A stretch of DNA of 64,000 bases from Lama glama. Its lineage: Eukaryota. Of the stretch, positions 50,711 to 63,790 are shown piece after piece; the stretch's first letter is position 1; every line of letters starts with the position of its first letter. The notes under the pieces are model-generated. The model ran no database searches. It was given only the letters and a program-made list of their open reading frames with translations, and was not told the origin of the DNA. The stretch spans positions 16,182,001 through 16,246,000 of the forward strand of contig CM052828.1 of NCBI GenBank assembly GCA_028534125.1. Direction: 5' to 3'. Made by a program: the position numbers and the translations under genes.

Positions 50711-51164
50711 TGTATTGGTCAGGGTTCTCCAGAGAAAAGGACCAACAGGATCTATCAATCTATTGATCTATCCATCTATCTATCTATCCATCCACCTATC
50801 AAAAGAGATTCATTTTAAGGAACTGGCTCACACAATTGTGGGGGCTGGCAAGTGCAGAACCTGCAGGGCAGGTGGCAGGTAGAGACTCAGGGGAGGATGG
50901 ATGTTGCAGCTTGAGTCTGAGGGCAGACTGCAGGCAGAATTCCTGCTTCCTCAGGGGATGTCAGTCTGTTCTCTCTCAAGGCCTTCAACTGATCAGATGA
51001 GGCCCACCCACACTGTGGAGAGTAATCTGCTCTACTCAGAGTCTACTAGTTTAAATGTTAATCTCATCCCCAAAATAGCTTCATAGCAACATCTGGATTG
51101 GTGTTTGACCAGATATCTGGGTACTGTAGCCTAGCTAAGCTGACACATAAAATTAACTACCACA
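50711..51164 (-). mobile_element. ERVL solo LTR (MLT2D-like) with perfect TSD
   Basis: TGTATTGGTCAGGGTTCTCCAGAGA...AATTAACTACCACA; TSD TCCAG at 50706-50710 and 51165-51169. Confidence 0.92.
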
Positions 51165-51616
51165 TCCAGAAAAATGAAATACAGCAGTACAGCCCCTCCC
51201 CAGAAAGCTCCCAGAGCGACTGATTTTTATTTCTGCTGGATCTTCGCAGGCAAACAAACTTATGACTTCCCCCAGAGGTCCAGAAGGATCTGAGCAGCAT
51301 GGGGTTGTGCGGAGGAGCCGAGATGAGAATGAAGCCTATAGACTGCATGTGCTGCTCTGTGCCAGCAAGCCTGCTCCCGTTTCTCTTTGCTTGCCTAGTT
51401 CTTACTCATTCCCTGAGAGGTCCTTTCTTCTGAGGAGCCTTCCCTGATACCCCGAGATGGTGCTGGTTTTCCTCTTAAATATCCCCTGACACCCAGTGAC
51501 CACACCATGTCAGGGCACTTCTCCCATGTAATGTCATGGCTTGTCAGTTTCTCCCACTCAACTGTCAGTGCCTTGGGAACAAGGCTCAAAAAACACTTCT
51601 TTAGTGGATGGATGAG

Positions 51617-51967
51617 TGCTATGGACTTCATGTGCGTGTTTCCCCCCAAATTCCTATATGGAAACCTTAGCCTTCAATGGGAAGATATTAGGAGGTGGAG
51701 CCTTTGGGGTAATTAGGTTTAGATGAGGGTACGAGGGTGGAGCCCCCATGATGGGATTAATCTCTTCCTTCTAAGAAGAGGAAGAGCTAGAGCTCCGGCA
51801 AGAAGACGGTCATCTGCAAACCAGGAAGACAGCTCTCACCAGACACTGGAGCTGCCTGCACCTCCATCTTGGATTCCCAGCCTCCAGTACTGTGAGAAAG
51901 AAAGTGTCCCATAAGCCACCCCATCCATAATATTCTGCTACAGACTCCTGAACCTTTAGTTCAGACA
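51617..51967 (+). mobile_element. MaLR LTR (MLT1A-like)
   Basis: TGCTATGGAC...AGACA; flanking GATGAG direct repeat. Confidence 0.85.
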
Positions 51968-52072
51968 GATGAGAGAATGAAGGAGTGACTGCAAGGCTCG
52001 GCAGAGGGCTTGTCATCACCAAGCTGGCTAAAGCGGCCTTGGACGCAGGACCCCAAGTACAACCATCTCTGG

Positions 52073-52407
52073 TGTCTTAGTCCATTTGGGCTGCGGACAC
52101 GAAGTACCACACACCAGGTGTTTTCTAAACAACAGGAGTGTATGGCTCACACCTGTGGAGGCTGGAAGCCTGAGATCACGGTGCCAGCATGATCATGTGA
52201 GGGCCCTCTTCTGGGTCACGTGTCCTCACATGGCTGAAGGGGCAAGGGAGCTCTTTGGAGCCTCTTTTAGAAGAGCACTAATCCCACTCATGTCAGTTCC
52301 ATCCTTATGAGCACCTCCCAAAGGCCCCATCTACTAGTATCATCACACTGGGCATTAGGATTCTGACATATGAATTTGAGGGGGACACAAACATTCAGAT
52401 CATAGCA
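52073..52407 (-). mobile_element. MaLR LTR (MLT1A0-like)
   Basis: TGTCTTAGTCCATTTGGGCTGC...GGGGACACAAACATTCAGATCATAGCA. Confidence 0.88.
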
Positions 52408-54261
52408 TCCAGGTTCCCCAGCACTGGGGTTTTCCTCTTGCTCCTTCCGCCGTGGAAGCCAAACAGCTTCCTTCCCACCCTCGGCCTCTCCCCTTCTCAG
52501 CTGCATGAGAGCCTCACATAGTAAAGAGCTAAGGCCAGCAGTGAACCAGGAGCTGGTCCTGGGGCAGACTCACCACCCTCCTGCTCAGTCTGGCCAACCT
52601 GCTTCCGAGCGTGGACGGTGCCAAGAGCAAGGGCTGGGTAGCCCCTCACTTCCCAGCTGCCCCCGTGGGACCCCGGAAGGCCTGGGTGGGCCTCGGCATG
52701 CTGGCTGCCTGCCTTCTGCTCCGGAAGCAGCCTGGCCTCATATCTCTGGCCAAAAGGGGCCCAGCACCCTTATTTGCGCCTGTAATCGAGCCCGTGAAGA
52801 CGCCCACAGCTTTCTCTAATTGTCTTAACTCCCTGTGCGGGTCATCCACAAAGGCTTTTGTGCCTCTAGATCATCAGAAAATCGTAGGTAATTCTGCTTA
52901 CAAGTGCGGGGACTTCCGGCCACAGTCTCAGCTCTCAGCGAAAGCTGCCTCACCTGGACACTCGTGGGTACGGGGAGGTCTGATCAATCTACACACCCAC
53001 ACGTGTCACAGAAAAGCATGGCTTAAAGGAAGCTGTGCCTCAGGCTTCCGGCGACTCTATGTCATGATAACGATCATCATAATCATTATAATATTAGCCA
53101 CCCGCTGCTCCAGAATGACTGTGAGGATTAATGGGAGGCTGTTAAAAAAAAAAAAAGTCCTTGGGGAAGGCTCTTTAGCAGGCATTGTTTTTAACCTCTT
53201 TCAGGTGGAAAAGAAAAAAAAGGCTGAACTAGGAGCAGGACTACATCTTATTCCTACATCCTGGCCATCACCCGGCCACATCCTAGCTGTGAGGATTTCG
53301 TCCAGTTGTGCCCCCTCTCTGACTCTGTTTCCTCATGCATCAAATGGGCTCATAGGGCTGGTCCATCCTCTCTCCTGGAGTTTGGGCGAGGACAAAAAGA
53401 GAACGCCCTGGGAGATTAACGCCCTGCGTTATCAACCCTCAGGCCACGTTTCTGCATCAAACAGCGTGGGCAGCCACTGGCACTCCTCGTCAGAAGTCCG
53501 TGGTCTGCTGGAGCCTAACTCATTTGTTCCCTCTCCATCTCCACCTGTGCTGGGAGGTGTCCTTTGGATGAATGGCTCTAGGCTAAAAGGAGGGCACAGG
53601 GAGGGCCTGGCTCCTGTGCTCTGAGTCCAGGCCTGGGCGATCCACCCCTCCTCAGTTGACAGCTGAGGAATCTGGAGGTTCGAGTGGAGGTTTCCCACAG
53701 GATTCCAGTGCGGAGTCCCTGAGCCCTCCTCACGTCACGACAGGACCAGGCTGAAAGCTCTCTGGTTCCCCCGTGACACCTGGCACCTCCCCTCTGGGGA
53801 CTCCTTCCCCAAAACGACCCCTGAGGCTTAGGTCAGCAGAGGCTGCTGCACTCAAGGAGCACAAGGTAAACCAAAAGGAGCAAACTCCAGGATAGGACAG
53901 CCCTGGGCACCCTTGGAAGAAGCAACTGGAGCAGGTGACAACAAAATTGGTTGTCTCCTGTCTGCAAGAAACTTCAGGACAGGAAGTGTACCAGGACCAC
54001 AGTTTCATAGCCTTAAGACCCTAAAGTGGTTTCCTGAAATTAAAAAAAAAAAAAAGTCACCCATAAGAGGCGGCATTTAGAGGGCATTAAAAGTGCTTTT
54101 CGAGAACGTCTATTTGTCCTATCAACAAAGCCTAATTACAGAGTTTTCAAAATCTAGTTAGGCTGAAGACATCCATTTCCCTTAGGAAATGTTCATTGCC
54201 TCCCTCATGGGCAGAGTGCCACCTACCACCACCCTTCACCCATCCCGACTAGTCCTGCCCC

Positions 54262-54265
<4 letters not shown>

Positions 54266-54295
<30 letters not shown>
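54266..54295. repeat. (ATC)10 microsatellite
   Basis: Directly visible. Confidence 0.95.
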
Positions 54296-54296
<1 letters not shown>

Positions 54297-54309
54297 CTGT
54301 CATCACTAC

Positions 54310-54545
54310 CACCAACAGCGATTAGCAGTTCCTCTGTCCCAGGCAATGGGCTAAGGTGTGTGAATCTCTCTTTTAATTCTTAAAATTATCCTAGGACAGA
54401 ACTTTTCTTATTGTCCTAATTTTACATATGAAGCTCAGAGAGGTTAAGTTACTTTCCCCAGGTTGCACAGTGAATGAACAGCTGAATCAGGACTCAAATC
54501 CAGGTCTCCAAAATTCATGCTCTTAACTTCTTCCCTATTTTACCC
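54310..54545 (-). mobile_element. MIR SINE
   Basis: gctcagagaggttaagttactttccccaggttgcacag...ggactcaaatccaggtct. Confidence 0.75.
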
Positions 54546-56787
54546 CTCCTGGGCATAACAGAATATTTCCTCCACCACACTCCCATAGAAGCCAGCCAGA
54601 AAGATATGTGCATGCAAGCTGTGCAGTTTCTTTCTTTCTGACTCTATGGCTGATTTCTGGAAAGTCTGTCCCAGGCCCTTTCAGGCACTGTACATGCAGA
54701 CCCTCATTCTAATTAAAGACAATGAACCAGAGGACCCAGGGGAAGTTGTACAGTTTGTTGCTTTGTATCTCCGGAGCTGCTTGTAACTGAATCGGAAGTG
54801 ACAATGCATAGTTAAATTTTAGCAGCAGAATTTGTTCGAAATAATCGTTTTGGTAGAGTATCAATTTCAAACTCCTGTCAGTCACATGACTATAGCAGCA
54901 CATTGTTTCTCAAAGGGTTTGAAGTGGAGAAACTGACTAGCTCCAGACAAACACTGAGCTAAAATTCCAGTCCTACATGGGTCCCTGTAGCAGCATTTTT
55001 CTATTTCCTGAGAGTGATTTGCTCCAATTCCAGGACACATCACTACCCCATGTTTAAGCCACCAAATAACAGCCACTGGTAGCAGGGTTTGAAAAATGCC
55101 CCCTGGATTTTAAGTATCCAGAGTGGTTTGCAGCAGCACTACATCAGCCCGACAACATGTGCAAAAGTTGAGATATATGTGAGCTCCTCGTGAAAGCCAT
55201 TCCTCACCCAGTACCCTGTGTGCAAGCTGACTCCATGGCAAAGCAGAAAAGCATCCATCCATTGAGTCAGCTAGCCACTGCGGAGCATCCCCCATGCACT
55301 CGGGACAGGGCTGGACCTGCTTGTCTGAGTTTGGGTTGAGCAGTGGGAGGACCCTGACACCTCCTAGGGGAGGACTGTGATCTAAGCTGACAGCTTTCAG
55401 CAACCCTTGCTGGACTCTGCCTTCAGCTCGCTGCCCCAGGACTTTGTACTGGTTGAGGAACTTCACGCACTGTGGGTCGGGACTAGCTCGAATGGGGGCC
55501 GTTGGCTGAGCGACAGCTTGGGCTGCTGACTAGAGGAAGTGTCTTTTTTTCTGTTTTTGCTTTGTTTGTTCCTCTCCTTCCCTTTGTCTTTCTTTCTCTC
55601 CCCTCCCCTCTACACACATTATTTATAAAATAACATTTATTTTTCTAATGACCAAACCAGCACATGCTCTGTAAGGATGCTTATAAAATATAGAAAGCCA
55701 CAAAGAAAAAATTGCCTATAATCAGTCCCACCCAGAGATAATCACAACTAATATTCTGGTGTTTGCACTTCTAGTAGATTTTCAACACAATGTGTTTGAT
55801 TGTATTTTTTGTAAGAAGAGCATTAAATGGCATTATGCATATACAGTCTTCTCTTGCCTTTTAAAAAGCAATTTTACATTTTAACATTTTAAAAGGTCAG
55901 TATGAAGCTAGGACCTTCTTGGGTAAGCACTCTGGACACTTTTGAGCCCAGAGTTCCCTGACTTGAGTCTCAGCCTGGCTAGAGGAAGACAGTCCAAATT
56001 ACTGATACTCTTGGCTGAAACTTCCCTTGCAGTCACAAAGCAGCTGATTCTGCCCACAATCAGGAGTCAAGCCTAACAACTTCTCCATGAGACACAGCTC
56101 TCCATCTCCAGTGGGCACATGTGATTTATCCGGGGCATTCGTTATGACACCCAGAGATTCTCATTCCAATGATTCACAGGCAAAAAAACATGTCTAGCAC
56201 TTGTAATGATTTCCAAACCACAGTCTATAAATTTCCAGTGTAGCCTTAAGTGTGGAATGGAAATTATGGAGTCCATTTAAAGGGCTCAGTTCTATGGAGC
56301 CCCCAACATCCCCAATTCCCTCCACCCTAACTCCTTACAACTCAGCCAATTACCTGAAGGCAGAGGCTGCTGAAAGGTCAAAGGTGATGCAGGGCAGCCT
56401 TAGGATTTATGCCCGCTTCAGGACTCATTGACCCTCATCGACTTCTTTTATGTGTCAGGACCGGGAAGGGACCATCAATATTGTTACAACAGGGTTGGAA
56501 GCCCAGTCATTCACTGTGTGGGACATGACGCTGAAGGTGTAAACAAGGGGCACTCTGGTTTCAGAAGCTTCTTGCTCAACTAAGCTCCTTCAGATGAGAA
56601 ATGGGTACAAATTTTAAACATGTTCATAATCTGAGGAATGCAATAATGCAACAATCTTTTCCCTATAACTGAATTTAATATATATTTTGGATTCCCTTTC
56701 CATCAAGAGTGGAAACCTAATCTTAGCCAAGCTGAAGATTCCCCACTTTTGCTCAGAGTTGTGTCCAAGCTTTGAGGGGTCTGTGAA

Positions 56788-57710
56788 GTCATGTTCTGGT
56801 AGATGTTTAACAATCAGCTCTCTGGGGAGGTGGGTAGTATGTATATTCAAGCGCACAAAAGTTTATTATAAATTTTACTGCTATAAGAGATGTGCAACAC
56901 AATTTTTTCAAATAATAAAATATACAGTATTCTTAATTTTAAATTCCATATAGCTACACAGAATGCCTTCATTGGTTTTGCTGAATTCTTGTACCCAGAG
57001 TCAACCTACGGGTGCAATTCAAAATCATTTAACAAAATCAGATTGCAATGAGAAGTCACCACAACATTGATGAATGTGTGGGATTTCCCAGCTTGATTGT
57101 TTTAGGTTAACAAGATAAAAGTGAAACAGCAAAGGTAAATGTCAGAATATCACTCCTCAATGATGTCAATGTCCCCTTGACTGAATCAGGTAATAATTTT
57201 AGAATACTAAAAAAAAATGTCCTCAGTTTTTTGCACTATTTAACACAAAGTTACAGCTATATCCATTACACACTTTTAAATTTAATTTGCCTTATTAACA
57301 TTTTCTCCATTACTTTCCTCAATCTACTCTATATTAAAAAAAAAAACAGGAAATTAAGCTCTGATTTCCAGCATTTGCCAATTCCCTCAATACACTCACC
57401 ATGGCTAATTTCAAGCTACCTACATGACACTGTACATAAAGTTGGGAAGAGATGTTTACCATTATTTAGTATCTCTAACCACATACAGAAAGATATAAAC
57501 ACAGATTTATAGATATATAAATAACCTTCAGAACACATATAATAGTAAAATGATTAGGAAGTGATGAATTTTGAGTATTTATTACTTTTGTTTTGAATGT
57601 AATTTATCTGTCAGTTTACATGATTTACTTTTAGTAATAGCTGTGTTTAACAATCAGTTCAAAAAATTCCTAAAACTTTTGACAGTTAGCACGTGAGCTG
57701 ATAGACACTG
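56788..57710 (-). mobile_element. MER63C/D-like hAT-Blackjack DNA transposon fossil
   Basis: ttaggaagtgatgaattttgagtatttattac, ccatggctaatttcaagctacc, tgtttaacaatcag near both ends. Confidence 0.75.
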
Positions 57711-57719
57711 TCCTATGTG

Positions 57720-58640
57720 CTATCAATGGTTGAATTCGGTCATTCTTCATAACCACTATCTGACTTTTTCATTTCAGCTATCCTAGTGGGTATGAAGTGG
57801 TATCTCATTATGGTTTTGAATTGAATTTCCCTAAAAGCTGATGACATTGAACATGTTTTTATGTGCTTATTGGCTATGTATCTTCTTCTGAGAATTGCAT
57901 ATTCAAATCCTTAACCCATTTCTTAATTGGGTTATTTGTCTTTTTGTTGTTGAGTTGTTAAGAGTTCTTTATATATTCTGGATACAAGCCGCTGATTGGA
58001 TACATGATCTGCAGATAGTTTCTCTCATTTTTGTGCTTTATCAAACATCTTTTCAACATCTAAGAAGATGATTATGTAATTCTTTTTGATCTATTGATAT
58101 GATAAGTCATATTAATAGCTTTCTAAATAGTGAATCATACTTGCATTCCTAATATGAACCCTTCTTAGCCAAGGCATACTATTCTCTCAACATGCTGCTG
58201 CCACACTCTGTACCATTTTATTTAGAATTTTACATCAGGATTCATTACTGAGATCAGTCTAACTTCTCTTTTTATGTTATTTCCATTAAATTTTATTGTT
58301 AGTATTTTGATGATTTTCTAAAAATCAGACTTCCTTTTGGTCTGCTTAACAATTTAAATAAGATAAGGATCATCTGTTTGGTAAAGATGGAATTCCTCTG
58401 TGGAACCACCTGGGCCTGGTGGTTGCATCCTGGGAGGGTGTGAGCGAGGAGCAACAGCTATTGCTTCTTAGCAGTGAATCTGTTTAGATTTTCCATCTCT
58501 TCTGAGATGACTTTTGATAACTTACCTCTTCTAGGGAAAGTGTACATATATTTGCATAGGCTGACGTAAAAGAGTGTTTTATAATTTCTACAAATTTCCT
58601 CTCTGAGCTTATTCTCATTTCATACTTGTACACTGTCCTT
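57720..58640 (-). mobile_element. Old L1 fragments (antisense)
   Basis: gtatgaagtggtatctcattatggttttgaattg, agagttctttatatattctggatacaag. Confidence 0.75.
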
Positions 58641-58939
58641 TAATAATGACTCAAGTTGTTCTTAGGGGGAAAGGAGAACCCTCTGTGTGTTCCACCTTGG
58701 CACACTAGCCCCGGTGGATCAATTCAAATGTGAAACAAGAAGTTAGATTCTGCTCACTCAACCCAGGTTCTGCATACAGGACACTTGGTGTACCTTCCAC
58801 CAAGGCAATGGCCATTTTCTTCTTAGTCTTGTCATGTTCCAGCTGAGTGATTCCCTGAACGAACATACAGTAATCAAGAATCAAGCTACTCAGGAAGTAG
58901 CTTATCTCTAAATTTGAAGACGATCTGTAATTAGTTAAG

Positions 58940-59105
58940 AGCATTGTACCAATTTTATTTTCCTGATTTTGATCATTGCAAGATGGTTGTATAAGATGTT
59001 AGCATTAGATGAAGTGAGATTCACAGTACATGGGAAATCTCTGTATGTACTCTTTTTTGCAATTTTTCTCTAACATGAGTTCAAAAATATAATTTTTTTA
59101 AAAAT
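58940..59105 (+). mobile_element. Old L1 3' end
   Basis: ttcctgattttgatcattg..ggttgtataagatgttagcatta..ttttgcaattttt. Confidence 0.6.
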
Positions 59106-59499
59106 CTGATATTGTACACAAAACTTGAATGTATGACTTTACAGTATAAGAGTATTTGCAATGTAAAAGGACTCTTGGCTTTTTAAAAATAGATTTGTTT
59201 TAATTCATATGTATTTATATCTATGTATTAACAATAGGAACAGTAATAATGAACTCACCTAAATAACATATAAAATGATTATGATTCTATTTTTTTAATG
59301 TAATGTGTAAAAGCATTCTATTTGTAAAACTTCCAACCACAATTTATTTTTTAGCAATCAATCTGTTTTCAGCATACAACATACACATCTCTAAAAAGGG
59401 GTAAATGTAATTGAGTAAAAATATATATTTTAACTGCTACTAATTTTACATCCCGCCACAGTTACCTGGCAAATTTTTAGTAAGAAATTTGTTTACATC

Positions 59500-60063
59500 A
59501 ACCTCTTTCCCCTCCCACCTAAAATCCTTTAGTGGCCCCACCAGAGCCTCCACAACAAGACCCAAACTCCTTATCTAGGGCATCCTTAGCTCAGTGGCCT
59601 CCTCTGTGTCACTTCTCATCATTCTCACTTCGACCTTGACCAACTTGACCTCCCAGGCTGGCTGAACCACTTGTAGCTTTCAACTCTGTTGACATGTCCT
59701 TGCTTTTTGTCTACCTAAATGTCCTTTCCTTCTCCCCACAACCTGCCCTTTGCCAAAATAGCCCCCCTGGTTCTTCAAGGCTCAGCTCAGCTATCACCTC
59801 CATCCTGAGCCTTTCCTGCGGCAAGTTTATCTCTTTGTCTCTCCTCTGCTCCCACCGCACCCTGGGCTAATTTCTACCATAGCACTGACCACATCTGTAT
59901 GACAGTTGTCTGTTTTTCAGCGTGTCCCACCATCAGACTGTCCTCTCTTTAGGGGGCAGATGCTAGGTCTTATTTATCATTTTATCATCAGAATATATCA
60001 CAGTTTCTGGCACAAGGAAGATCACTGGTAAAATGTGATGAGTGAATGAAAGAATGAATGAAT
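59500..60063 (+). mobile_element. L2 3' portion
   Basis: ttcttcaaggctcagctcag, cacagtttctggcaca, (gaat)n tail. Confidence 0.7.
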
Positions 60064-60064
60064 G

Positions 60065-60211
60065 GCGGGAGGGTATAGCTCAAGTGGTAGAGCATATGTC
60101 TAGCATGCACGAGGCCCTGGGTTCAATCCCCAGTACCTCCTCCAAAAATAAATAAACCTAATTACCTCCCCGCCACCAAAAAATAAAAGTAAATAAAAAT
60201 TTAAAAATAAA
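60065..60211 (+). mobile_element. tRNA-Ala-derived camelid SINE (Vic-1-like) inserted in the L2 tail
   Basis: GGGAGGGTATAGCTCAAGTGGTAGAGC (A box) ... GGTTCAATCCC (B box); A-rich tail; TSD AAAGAATGAATGAATG at 60049-60064 and 60212-60227. Confidence 0.92.
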
Positions 60212-63149
60212 AAAGAATGAATGAATGAATAAAACGAAACTCATGCATCCCAGCTTTAGGCAAATCAACAGACACTACTCAATCACCTCTACACACCCAC
60301 CACTGACCCAAGCAGGTCAGAGTTGGATACAGTGCAGCTCCCACTTTCAAACTACTTAGACAGTAAGTCACTCCTGCCCACACTCTACTGAGCAGGCTTT
60401 ATGGTCCATGGCGGCTTCAACCCAAAACTCCTGGTTCTGCCTTCTTTAGCTCACCTAGTGCATATTAATTAGGGATGGCAACCTGCTGAATGCAGAACTG
60501 GAGCTAGCTGGGCACTTTCACAAAGCTCACCCAGGCCTCTGATCTCTGCTTTAAAATTCTGCATCACCCCAGAGCATCCCCAGTCCCTACACATGAACTG
60601 TGGCTCATAGTGACAGCAAGTGTGACTCCCCCGTCTAGTGGATGAATATCTTGGTGGACAATTATGCTCATCATCCAGAAGCTCTTCCCACTCTCCCTTC
60701 TGCTCAGGACCTTCCTCCAAGATGCAAAAGATGGATTAACTCAACAGTTCCTTCCCTGGCTCACCCTCCTTCACGCTAGAACCTTGCCACCCCGATCATC
60801 AGGTCAGGGCTCAGTGGTTGGGAAAAAACTGGATTCCTGTCATTCTGCCACTTTATTGAATTTTAAGCTCTTTTTACCAATTTTCTGGTTGCTTCTATTA
60901 CATAATGTCCCAGTCTCCATGAAAAGCATTTTCCCCTCCTGCTACCCATGTCTTCCAGAGTCAGCATGGACAGGTGAAACCACCACAAAAACTCAGCCTC
61001 CCTGCCACTCAGTGTCTTTTTCTCCTGGCCTAGACCAATGCCTGGATTGGGGCTATCAGCAAATGTCATCGACTGGGTGACAAAGGCACCTGACCTTCCC
61101 TATATTTGGGATTACATGAGACACTGGGTATGAAAACACTTTTAAAAATGCTAAAGTGATGGTTCAGGGACTGAAAAGATGACAAAACAATGAATAATGT
61201 AACATGTTATTCAATATCGGTTGAGCCCCAGGCTGTGCGAAAAGCTCTACATTTATTTCCATTACAATTTTTAGTCATCAGTATTAGAAGGCATGTCATA
61301 TTCAATACACCCTGTGTATCACGATCATATAGCTAGTATATGGAGCAATCCAAAGTGAACCCCCGTGCCATCCCTCCCACCCCTCATCTTCCTTTCAAAG
61401 CTCTTGGGCACATGGTCGCACCTTTCCAACCTGGAGCCATGCGCAACCTGTGCCCCGTCCTCTGGGAGCGCTCTCTTTGCCCCTCCGCCACCCAGCTCTC
61501 ATCCACTGTTTCTGGCCTGTTTCAGGGGTCATCTCCTGTACAAGCCTTTTCCTACAACTCACGACATTTGATACTGAAGAGAACGCAGCCTGAATCACTC
61601 CACACACTCTTACATCACAGAAGCATATGGCTTCACATATGGCCTGTGTTGGCGAAACCTCTGATGGCCAAAATAGCAATGCCTATGACCACACTCCCTC
61701 CAACGCATCACGAAGAGGCCAGCATATTTTAGTTGCTCCTCAGGCATATGCTGGTTGATAAGAACCCTGGGGGGAAATGGCCCTGAGCCTACAATCAAAA
61801 GCGGACACAGGCAGAGCCGGCCCTTCTCATGGGATAGTCGTGGCAGTGCGGCCCCATCCCCCCCACCTCCGCCGTGAACATGGTACCAGCAGAGGTCACC
61901 CGCAAAGACAATGTTCTACCTCATTACCAATTCAGTCCCTGTGGAANNNNNNNNNNNNNNNNNNNNNNNNNNNNNNNNNNNNNNNNNNNNNNNNNNNNNN
62001 NNNNNNNNNNNNNNNNNNNNNNNNNNNNNNNNNNNNNNNNNNNNNNNNNNNNNNNNNNNNNNNNNNNNNNNNNNNNNNNNNNNNNNNNNNNNNNNNNNNN
62101 NNNNNNNNNNNNNNNNNNNNNNNNNNNNNNNNNNCAGAGGCAAAAAAAAGGGAAGGGATTGGAAGTGGGGGAGGGTCTGTGAATAAGGCCTGGCTGCTTC
62201 CAGTGACAAAGCTACGTCTTGGACGATGAGGATGAGGGAGGAGGGGGCCACGGAGGACAATGAGATTGTGCCAAGAAGAAATTGATGCAGAGTCTCTGAA
62301 ACAAGACACAGAACTCTTTGAAGATCTGAACTGAATCTTAGTTTTCTTTTTATGCCCAATATCTGGCAGGTCTGCTGAAGGAAGGAACTAATAAATGATC
62401 GGATGCATGTGGTGACAGTGTCTCTCCTAGTCAGATCTGAATGAAACCAATTATGTCAGTTCCATATGAGTTCTCCCTGAGTTCTCCGAGGCCAATGGAG
62501 CCAATAAAAATGATGGTGTTAATCAACATTTTTTACATGTATTGTTCCATAAGCTATTAAATGGAAAAAACAGCTTAAAAGACAATATATATAATATTTA
62601 GATATTCATCTGTAAAAGGCATTGAAGAAAGTACACATCAAAACATCACTAGTTGGTATGGACAGGATAGTGGCCTTCTGAGTTTTCTGTTTCTTTCTTT
62701 AGGTTATGCAGAATTTCTGAAATTCCTTTGACCAGAATACATTCCCTTCTAGTCAGAAAAAAAAATGTTTAAAACAAAATCCTCCATCAACCCACAATTA
62801 TCTGTGCTAGAAAAAGAGAACAGTCGTGCAGATCATCTNNNNNNNNNNNNNNNNNNNNNNNNNNNNNNNNNNNNNNNNNNNNNNNNNNNNNNNNNNNNNN
62901 NNNNNNNNNNNNNNNNNNNNNNNNNNNNNNNNNNNNNNNNNNNNNNNNNNNNNNNNNNNNNNNNNNNNNNCCCTTGCAACTAATGAGCTGAACTGGATGG
63001 CAGGAAAAAGTCAGCTCGGAATGAAATGAAAAATGAGCTGCAGATAATCCACAGGCAGATAACTGAGCTTTGGCAGCACACAGAGAGGGGGCAGGGAGTC
63101 CTGGGGGCCTCGGTTCCCGTGCTGAGAAGCCATACTCCTGAGGATGGAA

Positions 63150-63790
63150 ACCGAGCTTCACTACTGCTAACCCCGGAGTCTTGGGAAAGACGCTCTCCTT
63201 TCTGTGCTCTAGTTTTCCTGGATGCAAATTGCTAGAGATAATGGTCCCCACCTCCTGCAGCCCAGAGGATTAGATGAGATGATGCATGTAATGCACTTAG
63301 CACAGGCCCTCAGCAGGCGTCAGCCATGAACGACAAGGATGTTGGGGGCACGCCCTTCCACGATTTGCATCTATATAATACTTTCTTCCAAATACATTTC
63401 ACCATTTAAAACACATTTTAACATCTCCTTCATATCCTCTGATTGAGGGGTGGGCACTATCATTCTCATCTTACAGCCATGGAAATAAAGGCCTAGAAAA
63501 GTGAAAAGAGCTGCTTTTGGTTTTGTAAGGAGGGGAAGAATTGGGACCACATCTCATTTCCTCATGAGCCTTCACTGCCAGGTGCCCTGGCCCACTCCCC
63601 ATCACACACGGTGGTGGGGAAGGGGGTTTGACTCAATGCCTCAGTTTCTTTCTTAGCCAACACAAGGAAATTTAAGTTTCACCCTGTGGCCGGTCCATAA
63701 AGACGTGAGAAGATTAGCCAGGAAATTACTGTTAAAGTGCTTGGCCAAGATCAAATGCTGTAGAAATGCTGAGTTACAGTAACATTAGGG
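63150..63790. mobile_element. Cluster of three MIR fragments in mixed orientation
   Basis: gaggattagatgagatgatgcatgtaatgcacttagcacagg; cattctcatcttacag..ggaaataaaggcctaga; tgcctcagtttct. Confidence 0.6.

Noticed and set aside
60065-60142. Apparent tRNA-Ala gene (also 31221-31294 and about 990-1072)
   Set aside because: A-rich tails, target-site duplications and stem mismatches identify these as tRNA-derived SINEs.
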